From: Dehalococcoidia bacterium
GTDB taxonomy: Bacteria; Chloroflexota; Dehalococcoidia; SM23-28-2; WHTN01
Direction of reading: 5' to 3'
DNA length: 64,000 bases
Assembly (NCBI GenBank): GCA_009377715.1
Contig: WHTN01000005.1
Location: 2,764 to 66,763, forward strand
Positions 26,319 through 36,528 of this stretch are shown here, one piece after another. Position 1 is the stretch's first letter. Each line of letters begins with the position of its first letter. Made by a program: the position numbers and the translations under genes. A model generated the notes under the pieces. The model searched no databases. It had not been told where the DNA came from and worked only from the letters and a program-made list of their open reading frames with translations.

Positions 26319-26978
26319 ATGTATATGATCGTAGTGGGTGGCGGCAAGGTGGGCTTCTACCTCGCCAAGGAGTTGGTGCAGGAAGGACACGAGGTCTTGG
26401 TGATCGAGCAAGACGCTGCCCGTACTGCCATCATAACGGAGGAACTTGGCGATATAGTGTTGCGCGGAGATGGCTGCGAGGTAAGCGTGGTGGAGCAGGC
26501 CGGCATGAACCGCGCCGATATCGTTATCGCCGTTACCGGCGATGACGAAGATAACCTCGTCATCTGTCAGATCGCCAAGCACCGGTTCGATGTAACCCGT
26601 ACGGTTGCCCGTATCAACAACCCCAAAAACGAGCGAATTTTCAAGGAGTTGGGCATCACTACCACGGTCAGTGCTACCGCAGCGATCATGGCCGACATCG
26701 AACAGGAGCTGCCCACTCACCCGCTTATCCCACTCCTCAGGATTAAGGGTGGCGGCCTGGAGATCGTCGAAGTAAAAATACCTCCCCGCGCTTCCGTTAT
26801 CGGAAAATCCATTCGTGATCTGCTTTTGCCCCAGCAATCGCTCATATCATTGATCATCGACGAAAACGGCACGCCCCGGGTGCCGACCAACGATACGATT
26901 ATCCATTCAGGCGATGAAGTTGTGGCAGTCTCCTTGAAGGAGAGCGAAGAGGCGTTACGCTCCGCCCTCACTCGATAG
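26319..26978 (+). CDS. trkA: Trk/Ktr-type potassium transport regulatory subunit (TrkA-N plus TrkA-C)
   Basis: MYMIVVGGGKVGFYLAKELVQEGHEVLVIEQD...the C-terminal RCK_C-like region SVIGKSIRDL...GDEVVAVS. Confidence 0.85.
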   Translation: MYMIVVGGGKVGFYLAKELVQEGHEVLVIEQDAARTAIITEELGDIVLRGDGCEVSVVEQAGMNRADIVIAVTGDDEDNLVICQIAKHRFDVTRTVARINNPKNERIFKELGITTTVSATAAIMADIEQELPTHPLIPLLRIKGGGLEIVEVKIPPRASVIGKSIRDLLLPQQSLISLIIDENGTPRVPTNDTIIHSGDEVVAVSLKESEEALRSALTR

Positions 26979-27000
26979 TTGGCTCGCTGTTACTTACCTG

Positions 27001-27837
27001 TTGAGCGATATGAATAAAAGGTTGGCCTATCTCGGCCCTCCGGGCACCTTCACCGAGGAAGCTGCCCTCCTCTACGACCCTTCGGCGCAGATGCTCCCTT
27101 TCCAGAGTTTTGCTGCCGTAGCTACAGCTGTAGGCTCTGGCATGGCCGACGAAGGCGTGATGGCTATCGAAAACAGCCTGGGCGGCTCTGTCATTGAGAC
27201 GCTGGACATCCTTATCCACGATACACATCTGCTCATCCGCCACGAGCTCATCCTGCCTATTGAGCACTATCTGTTAGTGCGTCCCGGCGCCCAGTCGGAA
27301 GAGATCAGGGCCATATTCTCGCACCCCCAGGCGCTGGCCCAGTGCCGCAGATTTCTCGAGAGCTGCTTCCCAAAGGCCGAACTGATCGCCGCCCTATCGA
27401 CTGCCGGCGCCGTGGAAGAGATGATGGCGAGGGAGGGGGCGGGAGCTGTCAGTACCCCCCGTGCCGCCGAACTTTACGGCGCTCATATTTTGGCGGCCAA
27501 AATTCAGGACCAGCAGGAGAATGTTACGCGCTTTGTGGTACTAGGCGCCAAAGATCACCCTCGTACAGGCAACGACAAGACTTCGCTGGCGTTCGGTTTC
27601 ACCGATGACCGGCCGGGCCTATTGGTATCGGTGCTTCAAGAGTTCTCGAGTCGCGGCATCAACCTTTCGAAGGTCGAGTCCCGGCCGACAAGAGAGCGAT
27701 TAGGTGAGTATATTTTCTTGGTTGACTTGCTGGGCCACCGGGAAGACCCCGCGATCCAGGAAGCTTTGGGGCTGGTCCGGCAGCAGGCGAGCTTCGTTAA
27801 GGTCTTCGGCTCTTATCCACGCTTCGTTACTGGCTAG
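27001..27837 (+). CDS. pheA: Prephenate dehydratase
   Basis: LAYLGPPGTFTEEAA...ENSLGGSV...TRF, plus an ACT domain (RPGLLVSVLQEFSSRGINLSKVESRP). Start is TTG 27001 or ATG 27010. Confidence 0.9.
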   Translation: MSDMNKRLAYLGPPGTFTEEAALLYDPSAQMLPFQSFAAVATAVGSGMADEGVMAIENSLGGSVIETLDILIHDTHLLIRHELILPIEHYLLVRPGAQSEEIRAIFSHPQALAQCRRFLESCFPKAELIAALSTAGAVEEMMAREGAGAVSTPRAAELYGAHILAAKIQDQQENVTRFVVLGAKDHPRTGNDKTSLAFGFTDDRPGLLVSVLQEFSSRGINLSKVESRPTRERLGEYIFLVDLLGHREDPAIQEALGLVRQQASFVKVFGSYPRFVTG

Positions 27838-28477
27838 CGCTTTTCGGTAGCTCGATCTCCAATTCTCCATGGCGTTCGGCATACGCCCTTTTACGCCCTT
27901 CGAAGAATTCCCGATATTCTGGCGTGAGGATCGATTCGGTGCTCATAATAAAGGCGTCTTCCATATTATCGGAGTAGTAGCGTGGGCGTACGCCTTTGCG
28001 GCTGAAGCCGTACTTCTCGTATAGCGCGATCGCTGGGTAATTTGAGACGCGACACTCCAGCGTCACCGTGTTCTCATTCAGCGCATGGGCCAATTCGATC
28101 GTCCCTATTATTAGAAGCTCGCCGATGCCGCGCCTGCGATGGGATTCGCGCACAGCTATGCTCGATATATGAACTTGGTCGACCATTAGCCATATCGCTA
28201 CGTAGCCACATACCATCTCCATATCATCGATGGCTGGGGTCGCCATTAGATCGCGTACGTCTTTTATGATGCGGGTCAAACGGCCTGCATTCTCCCCAGG
28301 CTGTTGCGGCTTTCGATCGACCGCTACCAAATAGCGCGCGAGCCTATTGCTTGTGATCTCGTATCGAAAAGGTATCGGCGGGCGCGTTGTGGGGAACGCC
28401 TCTCTGTCGATCTCTCCGGCGCCGTCCGCATCGGCCTCGATCATCGGCCGGAGATGGTAACGTGTCGCTGTCTTCAT
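27827..28477 (-). CDS. GNAT family N-acetyltransferase (RimI-like)
   Basis: IAVRESHRRRGIGELLI...LECRVSNYPAIALYEKYGF. Confidence 0.75.
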   Translation of the reverse strand: MKTATRYHLRPMIEADADGAGEIDREAFPTTRPPIPFRYEITSNRLARYLVAVDRKPQQPGENAGRLTRIIKDVRDLMATPAIDDMEMVCGYVAIWLMVDQVHISSIAVRESHRRRGIGELLIIGTIELAHALNENTVTLECRVSNYPAIALYEKYGFSRKGVRPRYYSDNMEDAFIMSTESILTPEYREFFEGRKRAYAERHGELEIELPKSASQ

Positions 28478-28598
28478 CTCTTCAAAAACCTTTTAAGCTG
28501 ATTTGTACCCCGATATAGCGACGTAGAAGTATATTATAGTGACCTCTTTTCTTGACGCAAATAGTGTTTTAGGATTAGCATAAATTTAGAAATATTTT

Positions 28599-30374
28599 AT
28601 GAATACTAAACGAGTTCTCGTACGGCTGCTGACCTTCATACGGCCCTACAAAAGAGGCGTAGCACTTGCCTGGATATTCGTGCTCGGGGCGGGCGGCTTT
28701 CAGCTTCTAATGCCTTGGCTCGTACGCTGGGCTATCGACTTTGGTCTGGTGGATGGCGGTGATCGCCAGCTTTTGATATTCGCGGCGATAGCAATTATAG
28801 GAGCCGCAATTGGGCGTGGCATCTTCTCCTTTGGGCAGCAGTATATGGGCGAATTTATCTCGCAAAAAGTCGCTTACGACGTTCGTAACCGGATATACGA
28901 CCGCTTGCAAAGCCTCTCATACGCCTATCACGACAATCAGCAGACCGGCCAGCTAATGTCCCGCGCTACCCAGGACGTAGAGGCTGTGCGCATGTTCATC
29001 AACTTTGGCGTTTCCCGACTAGCGTACCTAGTGGTACTGCTCATCGCTGTTTTGGGTGTAATGGCTATTGATAACTGGCGTTTGGCCCTGGTGAGTTGGG
29101 TCTTTCTACCCGTTTTAGCTACCATCTCTATCATGTCGACTGCGCGCATGCGCCCGCTATGGTTAGCAGTCCAAAACGGGCTCGGCAATTTGGGTACAGT
29201 CCTCCAGGAGAATCTCTCGGGCGTACGTGTTGTAAGGGCCTTTGCACGGGAGGCTGACGAGAGCCGCAAGTTTTCAGCAGAGGCCCTGAAGCTGTTCGAG
29301 AACTCCTACAACGCGAGTCGTGTCCAGGCCTACACTTCGCCGCTGATGACAGGCGTATGGATGCTGGCCATGGCCTCGACGCTATGGTTCGGCGGCAGGC
29401 AAGTGATCAACGGCAGCTTGACAGGAGGAGAGTTAAGCGCCTTCCTACTGTACCTAACCTTGTTGCAGATGCCGGTTAGGAATCTAGGCTGGCTGGTGAT
29501 GGTAGTAGCGCGGGCCCAATCGGCCGGACAGCGCATCTTCGAAGTTCTGGACGCTGAGTCAGCTGTGAAGGAGAAGCCCGGAGCTATCGAGCTAGAAAGC
29601 ATCCGGGGTCATGTACGCTTCCAAGACGTCTCTTTCGCGTACGACACTATTAGCCCCGTTCTGCAAGATGTAAACATCGAAGCGAAGGCCGGTGAAGTAG
29701 TCGCCCTGCTAGGCCCTACAGGTAGTGGTAAGAGCACGGTTGTTAACTTGATGCCTCGCTTCTACGATGTGACAGGCGGCAAAATTACAATCGATGACAT
29801 CGACATTCGCGACGTCACGTTCGCTTCGTTGCGGCGCAATATCGGCGTAGTGCAACAAGACGTTTTCCTCTTCTCGGCGACCATTCGTGACAACATCGCG
29901 TACGGCGCTATGAACGCAACTCAGGAAGATATCGAGAAAGCGGCGAAAGCCGCCCGCATCCACGATTTCATCGCTGGCCTGCCGGAAGGTTACGAAACTT
30001 GGGTCGGCGAGCGGGGCATTACTCTCTCCGGTGGGCAGAAACAGCGTGTCGCCATAGCGCGCGTTCTGCTTATGAACCCCCGTATCCTCATCCTCGACGA
30101 TTCCACGGCAAGCGTAGATACGGAGACGGAGTACCTCATCCAGCAGGCGCTGCACGAGCTAATGCAAAACCGTACCACCTTTGTTATAGCTCAGCGCTTG
30201 CGCACGGCCAAGCTTGCCGATAAGATCCTCGTCCTCCGGGATGGTCATATCGTCGAGAGCGGCCGCCATGAAGAGCTTCTCACTCTCAACGGCTTCTACC
30301 GCGAGATATACGAACTGGAGCTAAGGGACCAGGAAGAGGCCCTCACCCCCGCTCCGGGAACAATGGTGGGCTGA
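28599..30374 (+). CDS. ABC exporter half-transporter (TMD-NBD), subunit with non-canonical Walker B (LILDDS)
   Basis: Six TM segments, GPTGSGKST, LSGGQKQRVAIARVL, and ILILDDSTASVD where Asp replaces the catalytic Glu. Confidence 0.9.
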   Translation: MNTKRVLVRLLTFIRPYKRGVALAWIFVLGAGGFQLLMPWLVRWAIDFGLVDGGDRQLLIFAAIAIIGAAIGRGIFSFGQQYMGEFISQKVAYDVRNRIYDRLQSLSYAYHDNQQTGQLMSRATQDVEAVRMFINFGVSRLAYLVVLLIAVLGVMAIDNWRLALVSWVFLPVLATISIMSTARMRPLWLAVQNGLGNLGTVLQENLSGVRVVRAFAREADESRKFSAEALKLFENSYNASRVQAYTSPLMTGVWMLAMASTLWFGGRQVINGSLTGGELSAFLLYLTLLQMPVRNLGWLVMVVARAQSAGQRIFEVLDAESAVKEKPGAIELESIRGHVRFQDVSFAYDTISPVLQDVNIEAKAGEVVALLGPTGSGKSTVVNLMPRFYDVTGGKITIDDIDIRDVTFASLRRNIGVVQQDVFLFSATIRDNIAYGAMNATQEDIEKAAKAARIHDFIAGLPEGYETWVGERGITLSGGQKQRVAIARVLLMNPRILILDDSTASVDTETEYLIQQALHELMQNRTTFVIAQRLRTAKLADKILVLRDGHIVESGRHEELLTLNGFYREIYELELRDQEEALTPAPGTMVG

Positions 30375-30375
30375 C

Positions 30376-32295
30376 ATGGGTATGTGGGGCGGTGGTGGAC
30401 ACGGTGGCGGCTGGGGTGGCGGTTTCGGCGGAGGTCGTTGGGGTGGTGGAGGCGGTCGCGGCCGCAATGGGCGCGACGGTTGGGACGACGATCAGATAGG
30501 CGCGGCATACGACCACCAGGTGGTCGCGCGCCTCTTCCATTACATCCTCCCGTATAAGCGGCTAGCGCTCTTGGCTACATTGGGCATGGTGGGTTATGCC
30601 GTGACTTCCACCGTCCAACCTTTCCTAATTGGCAAGGCTATTGACGAATTCATTCTCGATGGCGACATGCGCGGGATGAATATCATCGGTATCGCCTTCG
30701 TTGTCCTTGCACTAGCGAGTTGGCTCTTCCAACGTTTGCAGCTCACCAGCACCGCCTGGATGGGTCACCGCGTCCTCTATAACTTGCGCAGGGAACTCTT
30801 CGACCACCTTCAGAAGCTGTCCCTCAGCTTCTACGACCGTATGGAAGTCGGGCGCATCATGTCCCGTGTCCAGAACGACGTTACGGTTCTCCAAGAGCTT
30901 CTAACCACGGGCGTGCTCACCATCTTAGCGGACTTCTTGGGCATCGGCCTGGTTGTCTTCTTCCTCTTCTATCAAGACGTAGAGCTAGCTTTTATCGCCC
31001 TCTCGGTCGTTCCACTGCTGGTCCTCTACATCATCGTCTGGCAGCGCCGTGCGAAGATCGCATTTACGCGCGTGCGTCAGTCTATCGCTATCGTCAACGC
31101 CAACCTGCAGGAGAACGTCTCTGGCGTTAGGGTGATCCAGAGTCTCTCCCGTGAGGAGGAGAACAGCCGCCGCTTCGACGCTATCAACACCGATAACCTG
31201 AACGCGAATATCCGGGCAGGTCGGGTGGCCGCGTCGATAATGCCGGTGGTGGAGATACTCGTAGCTGTGGCGACCGCACTCGTCATCCTGGTCGGCGGTT
31301 TGCGCGTTCTCGATGGCGATACGCAAATTGGCGTCCTTGTATCTTTCGCCCTGTACGTGCAGCGCTTCTTCGAACCGATTCGTGATATTGTGATGCAGTA
31401 CACGCAACTCCAGCGGGCCATGGCCGGCGGTCAACGGGTGTTCGAGGTGCTCGATACCGAGCCGGAGGTTGTCGATGCTCTCAAAGCGATCGATCTCGCG
31501 GATATCGCTGGTGAGGTAGAATTCGATAATGTAAGTTTCGGCTATGGCTCCGAAGTTCAGGTCCTACGGGGCATCGATCTGCACGTCCGCCCCGGCGAGA
31601 CGATAGCTCTGGTGGGACCTACGGGTGCTGGCAAGACCACCATCACAGCCTTGGTCAGCCGCTTCTACGACGTAACGGGCGGTCGTCTCCTGGTTGACGG
31701 CCACGACATCCGCGATATCAGCCGCGCTTCCTTGGCCCAGCGATTGGGCGTCGTGCTGCAAGACCCGTTCCTCTTCTCCGGCACGGTCGCCGAAAATATT
31801 CGCTACGCTCGACCTGAGGCTAGCGATGCCGAGGTCGAGGACGCCGCTAGGGTTGTAGGCGCACACGATTTTATCATGCGCCTGCCGGGTGGCTATAACA
31901 GCGTCCTGCACGAACGCGGCCAGAACCTTTCGATGGGTCAGCGGCAGTTGCTCGCCTTCGCCCGTGCTATCCTCTCCGATCCGCGTATTCTCATCCTGGA
32001 CGAGGCGACCGCAAACGTCGACACGGCGACGGAGGTGCTTATACAAAGGGCGCTCAGGAACCTCCTGGCCAACCGTACTTCGTTCGTTATCGCCCACCGG
32101 CTTTCCACTATCCGTAACGCTGACCGCATCGTGGTGATCGAAGATGGCCGGATCGCCGAAGAGGGCACGCACGATGAACTTCTGGCCCTCGGCGGTCTCT
32201 ACAGCCGCCTCTACTACATGACTTACGAGCACGTAAGCGGCAACGGCCATAAGCCTACTGCCGAAGCTGCCGATCTGCTGCGCCAACCCTCCTAA
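30376..32295 (+). CDS. ABC exporter half-transporter (TMD-NBD), partner subunit with a Gly-rich N-terminal extension
   Basis: MGMWGGGGHGGGWGGGFGGGRWGGGGGRGRNG..., GPTGAGKTT, a degenerate signature LSMGQRQLLAFARAI, and a canonical ILILDEATANVD. Confidence 0.9.
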   Translation: MGMWGGGGHGGGWGGGFGGGRWGGGGGRGRNGRDGWDDDQIGAAYDHQVVARLFHYILPYKRLALLATLGMVGYAVTSTVQPFLIGKAIDEFILDGDMRGMNIIGIAFVVLALASWLFQRLQLTSTAWMGHRVLYNLRRELFDHLQKLSLSFYDRMEVGRIMSRVQNDVTVLQELLTTGVLTILADFLGIGLVVFFLFYQDVELAFIALSVVPLLVLYIIVWQRRAKIAFTRVRQSIAIVNANLQENVSGVRVIQSLSREEENSRRFDAINTDNLNANIRAGRVAASIMPVVEILVAVATALVILVGGLRVLDGDTQIGVLVSFALYVQRFFEPIRDIVMQYTQLQRAMAGGQRVFEVLDTEPEVVDALKAIDLADIAGEVEFDNVSFGYGSEVQVLRGIDLHVRPGETIALVGPTGAGKTTITALVSRFYDVTGGRLLVDGHDIRDISRASLAQRLGVVLQDPFLFSGTVAENIRYARPEASDAEVEDAARVVGAHDFIMRLPGGYNSVLHERGQNLSMGQRQLLAFARAILSDPRILILDEATANVDTATEVLIQRALRNLLANRTSFVIAHRLSTIRNADRIVVIEDGRIAEEGTHDELLALGGLYSRLYYMTYEHVSGNGHKPTAEAADLLRQPS

Positions 32296-32301
32296 CCGTC
32301 T

Positions 32302-32350
32302 CCGCTCACCCCGAGCCCTTCGGCAAGCTCAGGATGTACCTGTCGAGGGG
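32302..32350 (+). repeat. CCGCTCACCCCGAGC...TGTCGAGGGG module with an internal insertion
   Basis: ccgctcaccccgagc-ccttcggcaagctcaggatgtacc-tgtcgagggg. Confidence 0.65.
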
Positions 32351-32424
32351 AGATGAACTGAAAACAGCGGATCTTCTTACGCGAACCCTCCTAGCTTTTG
32401 CTACACTATCTTTAGCTCCGCTCT

Positions 32425-33852
32425 GTGTCTTATTCACAGGGGGTAGAGTTTTTGGTTGAAGTTGCTAGCTCTCTGATGGATCTTTTAGGCCCCGAAAAGG
32501 TCTCCTTCGTTGAAGATGATCTCGCCACTCATGCTGTCGATGCTCTTCGCTCGAACCGGGGCTATCCACATACTGGTACTGTAGTGCCACAGCCGGTGGC
32601 AGTGGTGCGCCCTTCTTCCGCGGACGAAGTCGCACGGGTCGTAAAGTTCGCCAGCGCTCACGGCGCTTCGATAGTCCCTTATGGCGGCGGCACCGGGCTT
32701 ATGGGTGGCGCGATACCTTTACGGCCCAGCATAGTCGTCGATCTCGGCAACATGAACCGTATCACCTCTATGAGCCGCGACGACAGAACCGCAACAGTCG
32801 GGGCAGGCGTCGTTCTCGCAGATTTGGAACGAGAACTAAACAGGCATGGCTTGATCCTCGGCCACGATCCTTGGAGCCTGCCTATCGCCACGGTCGGTGG
32901 GGCGATATCGACCGATGGCCTCGGCTACCGCGCCTACAAATATGGCTCGATGGGTGACCAGGTCCTCGGCTTGACGGTTGTCCTCGCTGATGGCCGCATA
33001 TTGAAGACGCGCGCCGTGCCTCGCCACAGCACCGGCGTCGATATGAACCGCCTATTCATAGGTGGTGAGGGCTGCTTTGGCGTCATCACGGAAGCGACGC
33101 TTCGAGTTTTTCCCCAGCCGGAGGAGCGAAGGCTTCTCTCATACACATTTCCTAACTTCGAGACTGGCTTCGAAGCTATCATGGACATATTTCAGACAGG
33201 ACTATCCCCCGCGATGTTGGAATTTGGCGAAGGCGGCCCGGCTTCATCGGCGGAGCAGACGACATTATATCTCGCTTACGAGGGCGTTCGCGAAGAGGTC
33301 GCGTCTCAAGCCCAGCGCACCGCGGCCATGTTCGATGGCTATAGCGCGACCTCTCTCGCAGATGGCGAGGCGGAGGAGTTCTGGGAGACGCGCCACCGCG
33401 TAGCTGAGCGCTTCAAGCGCGGGAGAGTGATGAAGCTCGGCGATAGCCTCGCTGCGACACCGTCGGAACGTTACTTCGACTATATTCACGTGGCTTTGCC
33501 GGCGAGCAAAGTGCTGCAATATCGCCTCGCTTGCATGGATATTACATCCCGCTACGGGCTCGATACAGTCGACTATGGCCTCTGGTGCCAGCCGGAGCTT
33601 TTCTCGACAGTTGTCGTGAAAGCTTCCCTGGCTGGCACTGCGGACGCGGAGGCAATAAGCCGCGCGGTGGACGAGATGCTTCGGCTTGTGCATGAGCTAG
33701 GCGGCTCGATGGAGTACTGCCATGGCGTCGGCGTGCGCTTGGCACACCTGATGGAAGAGGAACATGGCGAGGTCGGAATCGACCTCTTAAGAAGCCTTAA
33801 GAAGGCGCTCGATCCTCAGGATATTCTAAACCCCGGCAAATTGGGACTGTAA
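32425..33852 (+). CDS. FAD-binding (PCMH-type) oxidase, GlcD / FAD-linked oxidase family
   Basis: IVPYGGGTGLMGGA...an FAD-binding domain, with the C-terminal FAD-oxidase_C pattern HGVGVRLAHLM...LDPQDILNPGKL. Confidence 0.85.
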   Translation: MSYSQGVEFLVEVASSLMDLLGPEKVSFVEDDLATHAVDALRSNRGYPHTGTVVPQPVAVVRPSSADEVARVVKFASAHGASIVPYGGGTGLMGGAIPLRPSIVVDLGNMNRITSMSRDDRTATVGAGVVLADLERELNRHGLILGHDPWSLPIATVGGAISTDGLGYRAYKYGSMGDQVLGLTVVLADGRILKTRAVPRHSTGVDMNRLFIGGEGCFGVITEATLRVFPQPEERRLLSYTFPNFETGFEAIMDIFQTGLSPAMLEFGEGGPASSAEQTTLYLAYEGVREEVASQAQRTAAMFDGYSATSLADGEAEEFWETRHRVAERFKRGRVMKLGDSLAATPSERYFDYIHVALPASKVLQYRLACMDITSRYGLDTVDYGLWCQPELFSTVVVKASLAGTADAEAISRAVDEMLRLVHELGGSMEYCHGVGVRLAHLMEEEHGEVGIDLLRSLKKALDPQDILNPGKLGL

Positions 33853-33873
33853 GAGGACGGTCGTAGAAAGGGA

Positions 33874-33913
33874 GAAGAGGGAAGAAAGAAAAACCCTTCC
33901 TACTTCCCTCTTC
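33874..33913. terminator. Hairpin between convergent genes (possible bidirectional terminator)
   Basis: Perfect 11-bp stem GAAGAGGGAAG (33874-33884) / CTTCCCTCTTC (33903-33913), built from the GA/CT-tract motif. Confidence 0.4.
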
Positions 33914-33925
33914 CTACTTCCATCC

Positions 33926-35266
33926 CTACCTCCACGAAGGGAACCAGTAGTAGCTTTCCTCAAGCCAGTCCGGGACAGACACGGCCGCCCAGTGTGGATA
34001 GAAGTACACGAACGTGATTACGGCGGTTGCGGTAAGGGCCATCGCCACTGGTTTACCCCGACCCTCCTGCCATAATCTCCACAACCCGTAACCCAACGCC
34101 AGCAGCAGGAACGGCACTGAGGGCAGATAGTGGTAGAAGAACATGATCCGTGGCGACAGCGCCCACGGCAGTAAGAACGCCAGGTAAGTGAACACCACGA
34201 AGATCAGCCCGAACTCAGTGGACGTTAGCCGACCTCGGAACGATATATCTCCGGTGTCTTCCTGAAATGCCACCCTAAGCCGCTTTACTCCCTGCCAGAG
34301 GGCAAAGGCGAGCGCTGGCAAGCCGATCCAGAAGATGATCGGATTGCCTAAGGCGTATATCTTTGCATCGCCTGCGGCCGAGAGGTAGTAGTAGACGGGT
34401 CGCTGCGTTATGGGCCAGGTATCCCACGGCGACTGATAGGGATGAGTTGCCTCGAGGCCCGAATGGTACCAGTACATCTGCCGTTGTGTGTCCCAAAAGT
34501 CTCTGAAATCATGTCCGGTAAGGAAGAAGGGCAGATAAGCCAACAAGTAGATAAAGACTGGAATCGCAATGTAGAAATAGGGAATGTTTAGCAGCGAATC
34601 TATGGCGAACGTGCGTCGCCGCTCTTTCTCGGTTTGTAGATATTGATAGACGAAGAAAAGTGCGATAGGGAAGACCACCCAGATCGCCGACCATTTGCTC
34701 GCGAACGCAGCGCCAAGGAATATCCCGGCGAAAAGATGACGCTCAGTTAACATAAAGTATATAGTCGCCAGGAGAAAGAAAACCACATACGCGTCGTTCA
34801 TCGCTATGCGCGATTGCACAAACCAGAGGCCTTCGAAGATCGCCAAGAAGGCAGCCAGGAAGGCGATCTCTTCGTTTTTAAAAAGCTTTTTCCCGATCAA
34901 GTAGACCATCAGGACCGAAAGGGTCCCGAAGAGGGCGCTAAAGAACCGCCAACCGAAGGGGTTCTCGCCGAAGATGGCCATACCGCCGGCCATGAATAGC
35001 TTAGCTAACGGGGGGTGCGTCCACTCGTAAGCAAAGCCCGGAGGCGGCGTTGCCGTGAACTCCCACGCTGCCGGATTCCCGTGCAGAAACTCCCTGGCCG
35101 TGAAAGCGTGATAAACCTCGTCGAAGAAGAAGTCATCGGGCGTCCCCAGCCGCCAGAACCTCAAGAAAGCCGCGCTTCCCACTAAGGCGAGGACGGTTAT
35201 GAGTTCTGAGGTGTTTATGGAGGATAACGATGGCGCTACAAGCCTGGCTCGTTCGGCGATCTTCAT
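33926..35266 (-). CDS. GT39-like (PMT family) polyprenyl-phosphate-dependent glycosyltransferase
   Basis: 446 aa and polytopic. The loop-1 motif FFFDEVYHAFTAREF and THPPLAKL are typical of the protein O-mannosyltransferase-like family. Confidence 0.8.
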   Translation of the reverse strand: MKIAERARLVAPSLSSINTSELITVLALVGSAAFLRFWRLGTPDDFFFDEVYHAFTAREFLHGNPAAWEFTATPPPGFAYEWTHPPLAKLFMAGGMAIFGENPFGWRFFSALFGTLSVLMVYLIGKKLFKNEEIAFLAAFLAIFEGLWFVQSRIAMNDAYVVFFLLATIYFMLTERHLFAGIFLGAAFASKWSAIWVVFPIALFFVYQYLQTEKERRRTFAIDSLLNIPYFYIAIPVFIYLLAYLPFFLTGHDFRDFWDTQRQMYWYHSGLEATHPYQSPWDTWPITQRPVYYYLSAAGDAKIYALGNPIIFWIGLPALAFALWQGVKRLRVAFQEDTGDISFRGRLTSTEFGLIFVVFTYLAFLLPWALSPRIMFFYHYLPSVPFLLLALGYGLWRLWQEGRGKPVAMALTATAVITFVYFYPHWAAVSVPDWLEESYYWFPSWR

Positions 35267-36528
35267 TCCGCAGCCCTCGTGTGGCGCATCAGCATATATC
35301 CCGTCGCTAACAACGCCGGAAACGTGAGAGTAGCCACCAGCGAGTAGAAGAAGGTATGGTCGCGGGCTATCTTAAAAAGGTCTGTAGGCTCTTGGGGGCT
35401 GTTAATATATCGGCCATAATACATGTAGACCTCATAAACGTTGAGGAAATTGACGATGCTTAATACTACAAAGCCTGCGGCGAGTACCCATGTCAAATAG
35501 CGGTGATTCGAAAGGAATAGAGCCAGCACCATAGGCAAGAAAGCCGCGAAGACGTATCGTTCGTGCATACGCGTAAGGAACAGGTACATCGCAAGCACCG
35601 AAAGGGAAACGGCCAAGGCCATCATGCCAGGCCGTCTTTCCTTTCGGAAGACGAAGATTATGGCCCCTATAGCCAGGGCGAAAAGCGCGATCCCCCAATC
35701 GTGCCACGTGATGCCCCAGAAAGTAATGTCATCCGGTTTGAAGCGGTCAAAGAGCGCCCAGAAATTGAAAGCCCAGAAAGAGTTGTAAGGATAAACTTCG
35801 GTCGAACGGCGCATCTCCTCGAACGGGCCTAGCGGGTCGTCCGCAAAGAAAGGGACCAGTAGCAGCACGAATGCGCCGATCGCCACGCCTCCCGCCCTCA
35901 GCCACTCTCGTGGCGGGTAGTCGCGGAATCCCCAGAATAAAAACAGAGGCAGCACCGCTATGGCCTGCGGTTTTACGAGAAAGCCGATCACGTACGCTAA
36001 AGCAGCAAGCGTCAGTTTGCCTCTGGTTATGAAGTACACAGATAGAAATAGGAAGAACGCGAGAATGCTATCCGTTTGGCCCCATACAGGGGTGATGAGC
36101 AGCACTACCGGGTGGAGCAAGTAGACTATCGCGGCGGCAAGTCGCAGAGCTGGCTTCTGCCCCTCCAACAGTATATAGAGCAGATATGCCGAACCTAAGT
36201 CCGCCGCTATCGGCACAAGCTTTAGCAGGAACTCGTAGCGCTCTGGGGAGAACCGGAAGATCGTATCGAGTCCGCCTAGCGCCCAAAGGTAATACAGGTA
36301 CCCCGGCGTGAACTCGGTGTGAAACCCCTCGCCGAAGAAGTCCCATGCCCCGCGCGCTGCGAGCGATCCCGCCCAAGCTCTAAATGCTCCGATATCAACT
36401 TCGAAGCCGGGAAGGGAGGAGAGCAGCAGCCGAAAGATTAGACCCAGAAACAGTATCTGGGCGATCGGCTTGATCTTGAGCGAGAATTCGACCTCGCCTG
36501 CTTCGATGTTCTCTACGCGGTCCGCCAT
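35263..36528 (-). CDS. Polytopic membrane glycosyltransferase, GT-C fold; family uncertain
   Basis: 421 aa with about 10 or more TM segments. It has an N-terminal loop DIGAFRAWAGSL...HTEFTPGYLYYLW, and an ATGA overlap with the downstream GT39 gene. Confidence 0.55.
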   Translation of the reverse strand: MADRVENIEAGEVEFSLKIKPIAQILFLGLIFRLLLSSLPGFEVDIGAFRAWAGSLAARGAWDFFGEGFHTEFTPGYLYYLWALGGLDTIFRFSPERYEFLLKLVPIAADLGSAYLLYILLEGQKPALRLAAAIVYLLHPVVLLITPVWGQTDSILAFFLFLSVYFITRGKLTLAALAYVIGFLVKPQAIAVLPLFLFWGFRDYPPREWLRAGGVAIGAFVLLLVPFFADDPLGPFEEMRRSTEVYPYNSFWAFNFWALFDRFKPDDITFWGITWHDWGIALFALAIGAIIFVFRKERRPGMMALAVSLSVLAMYLFLTRMHERYVFAAFLPMVLALFLSNHRYLTWVLAAGFVVLSIVNFLNVYEVYMYYGRYINSPQEPTDLFKIARDHTFFYSLVATLTFPALLATGYMLMRHTRAAE

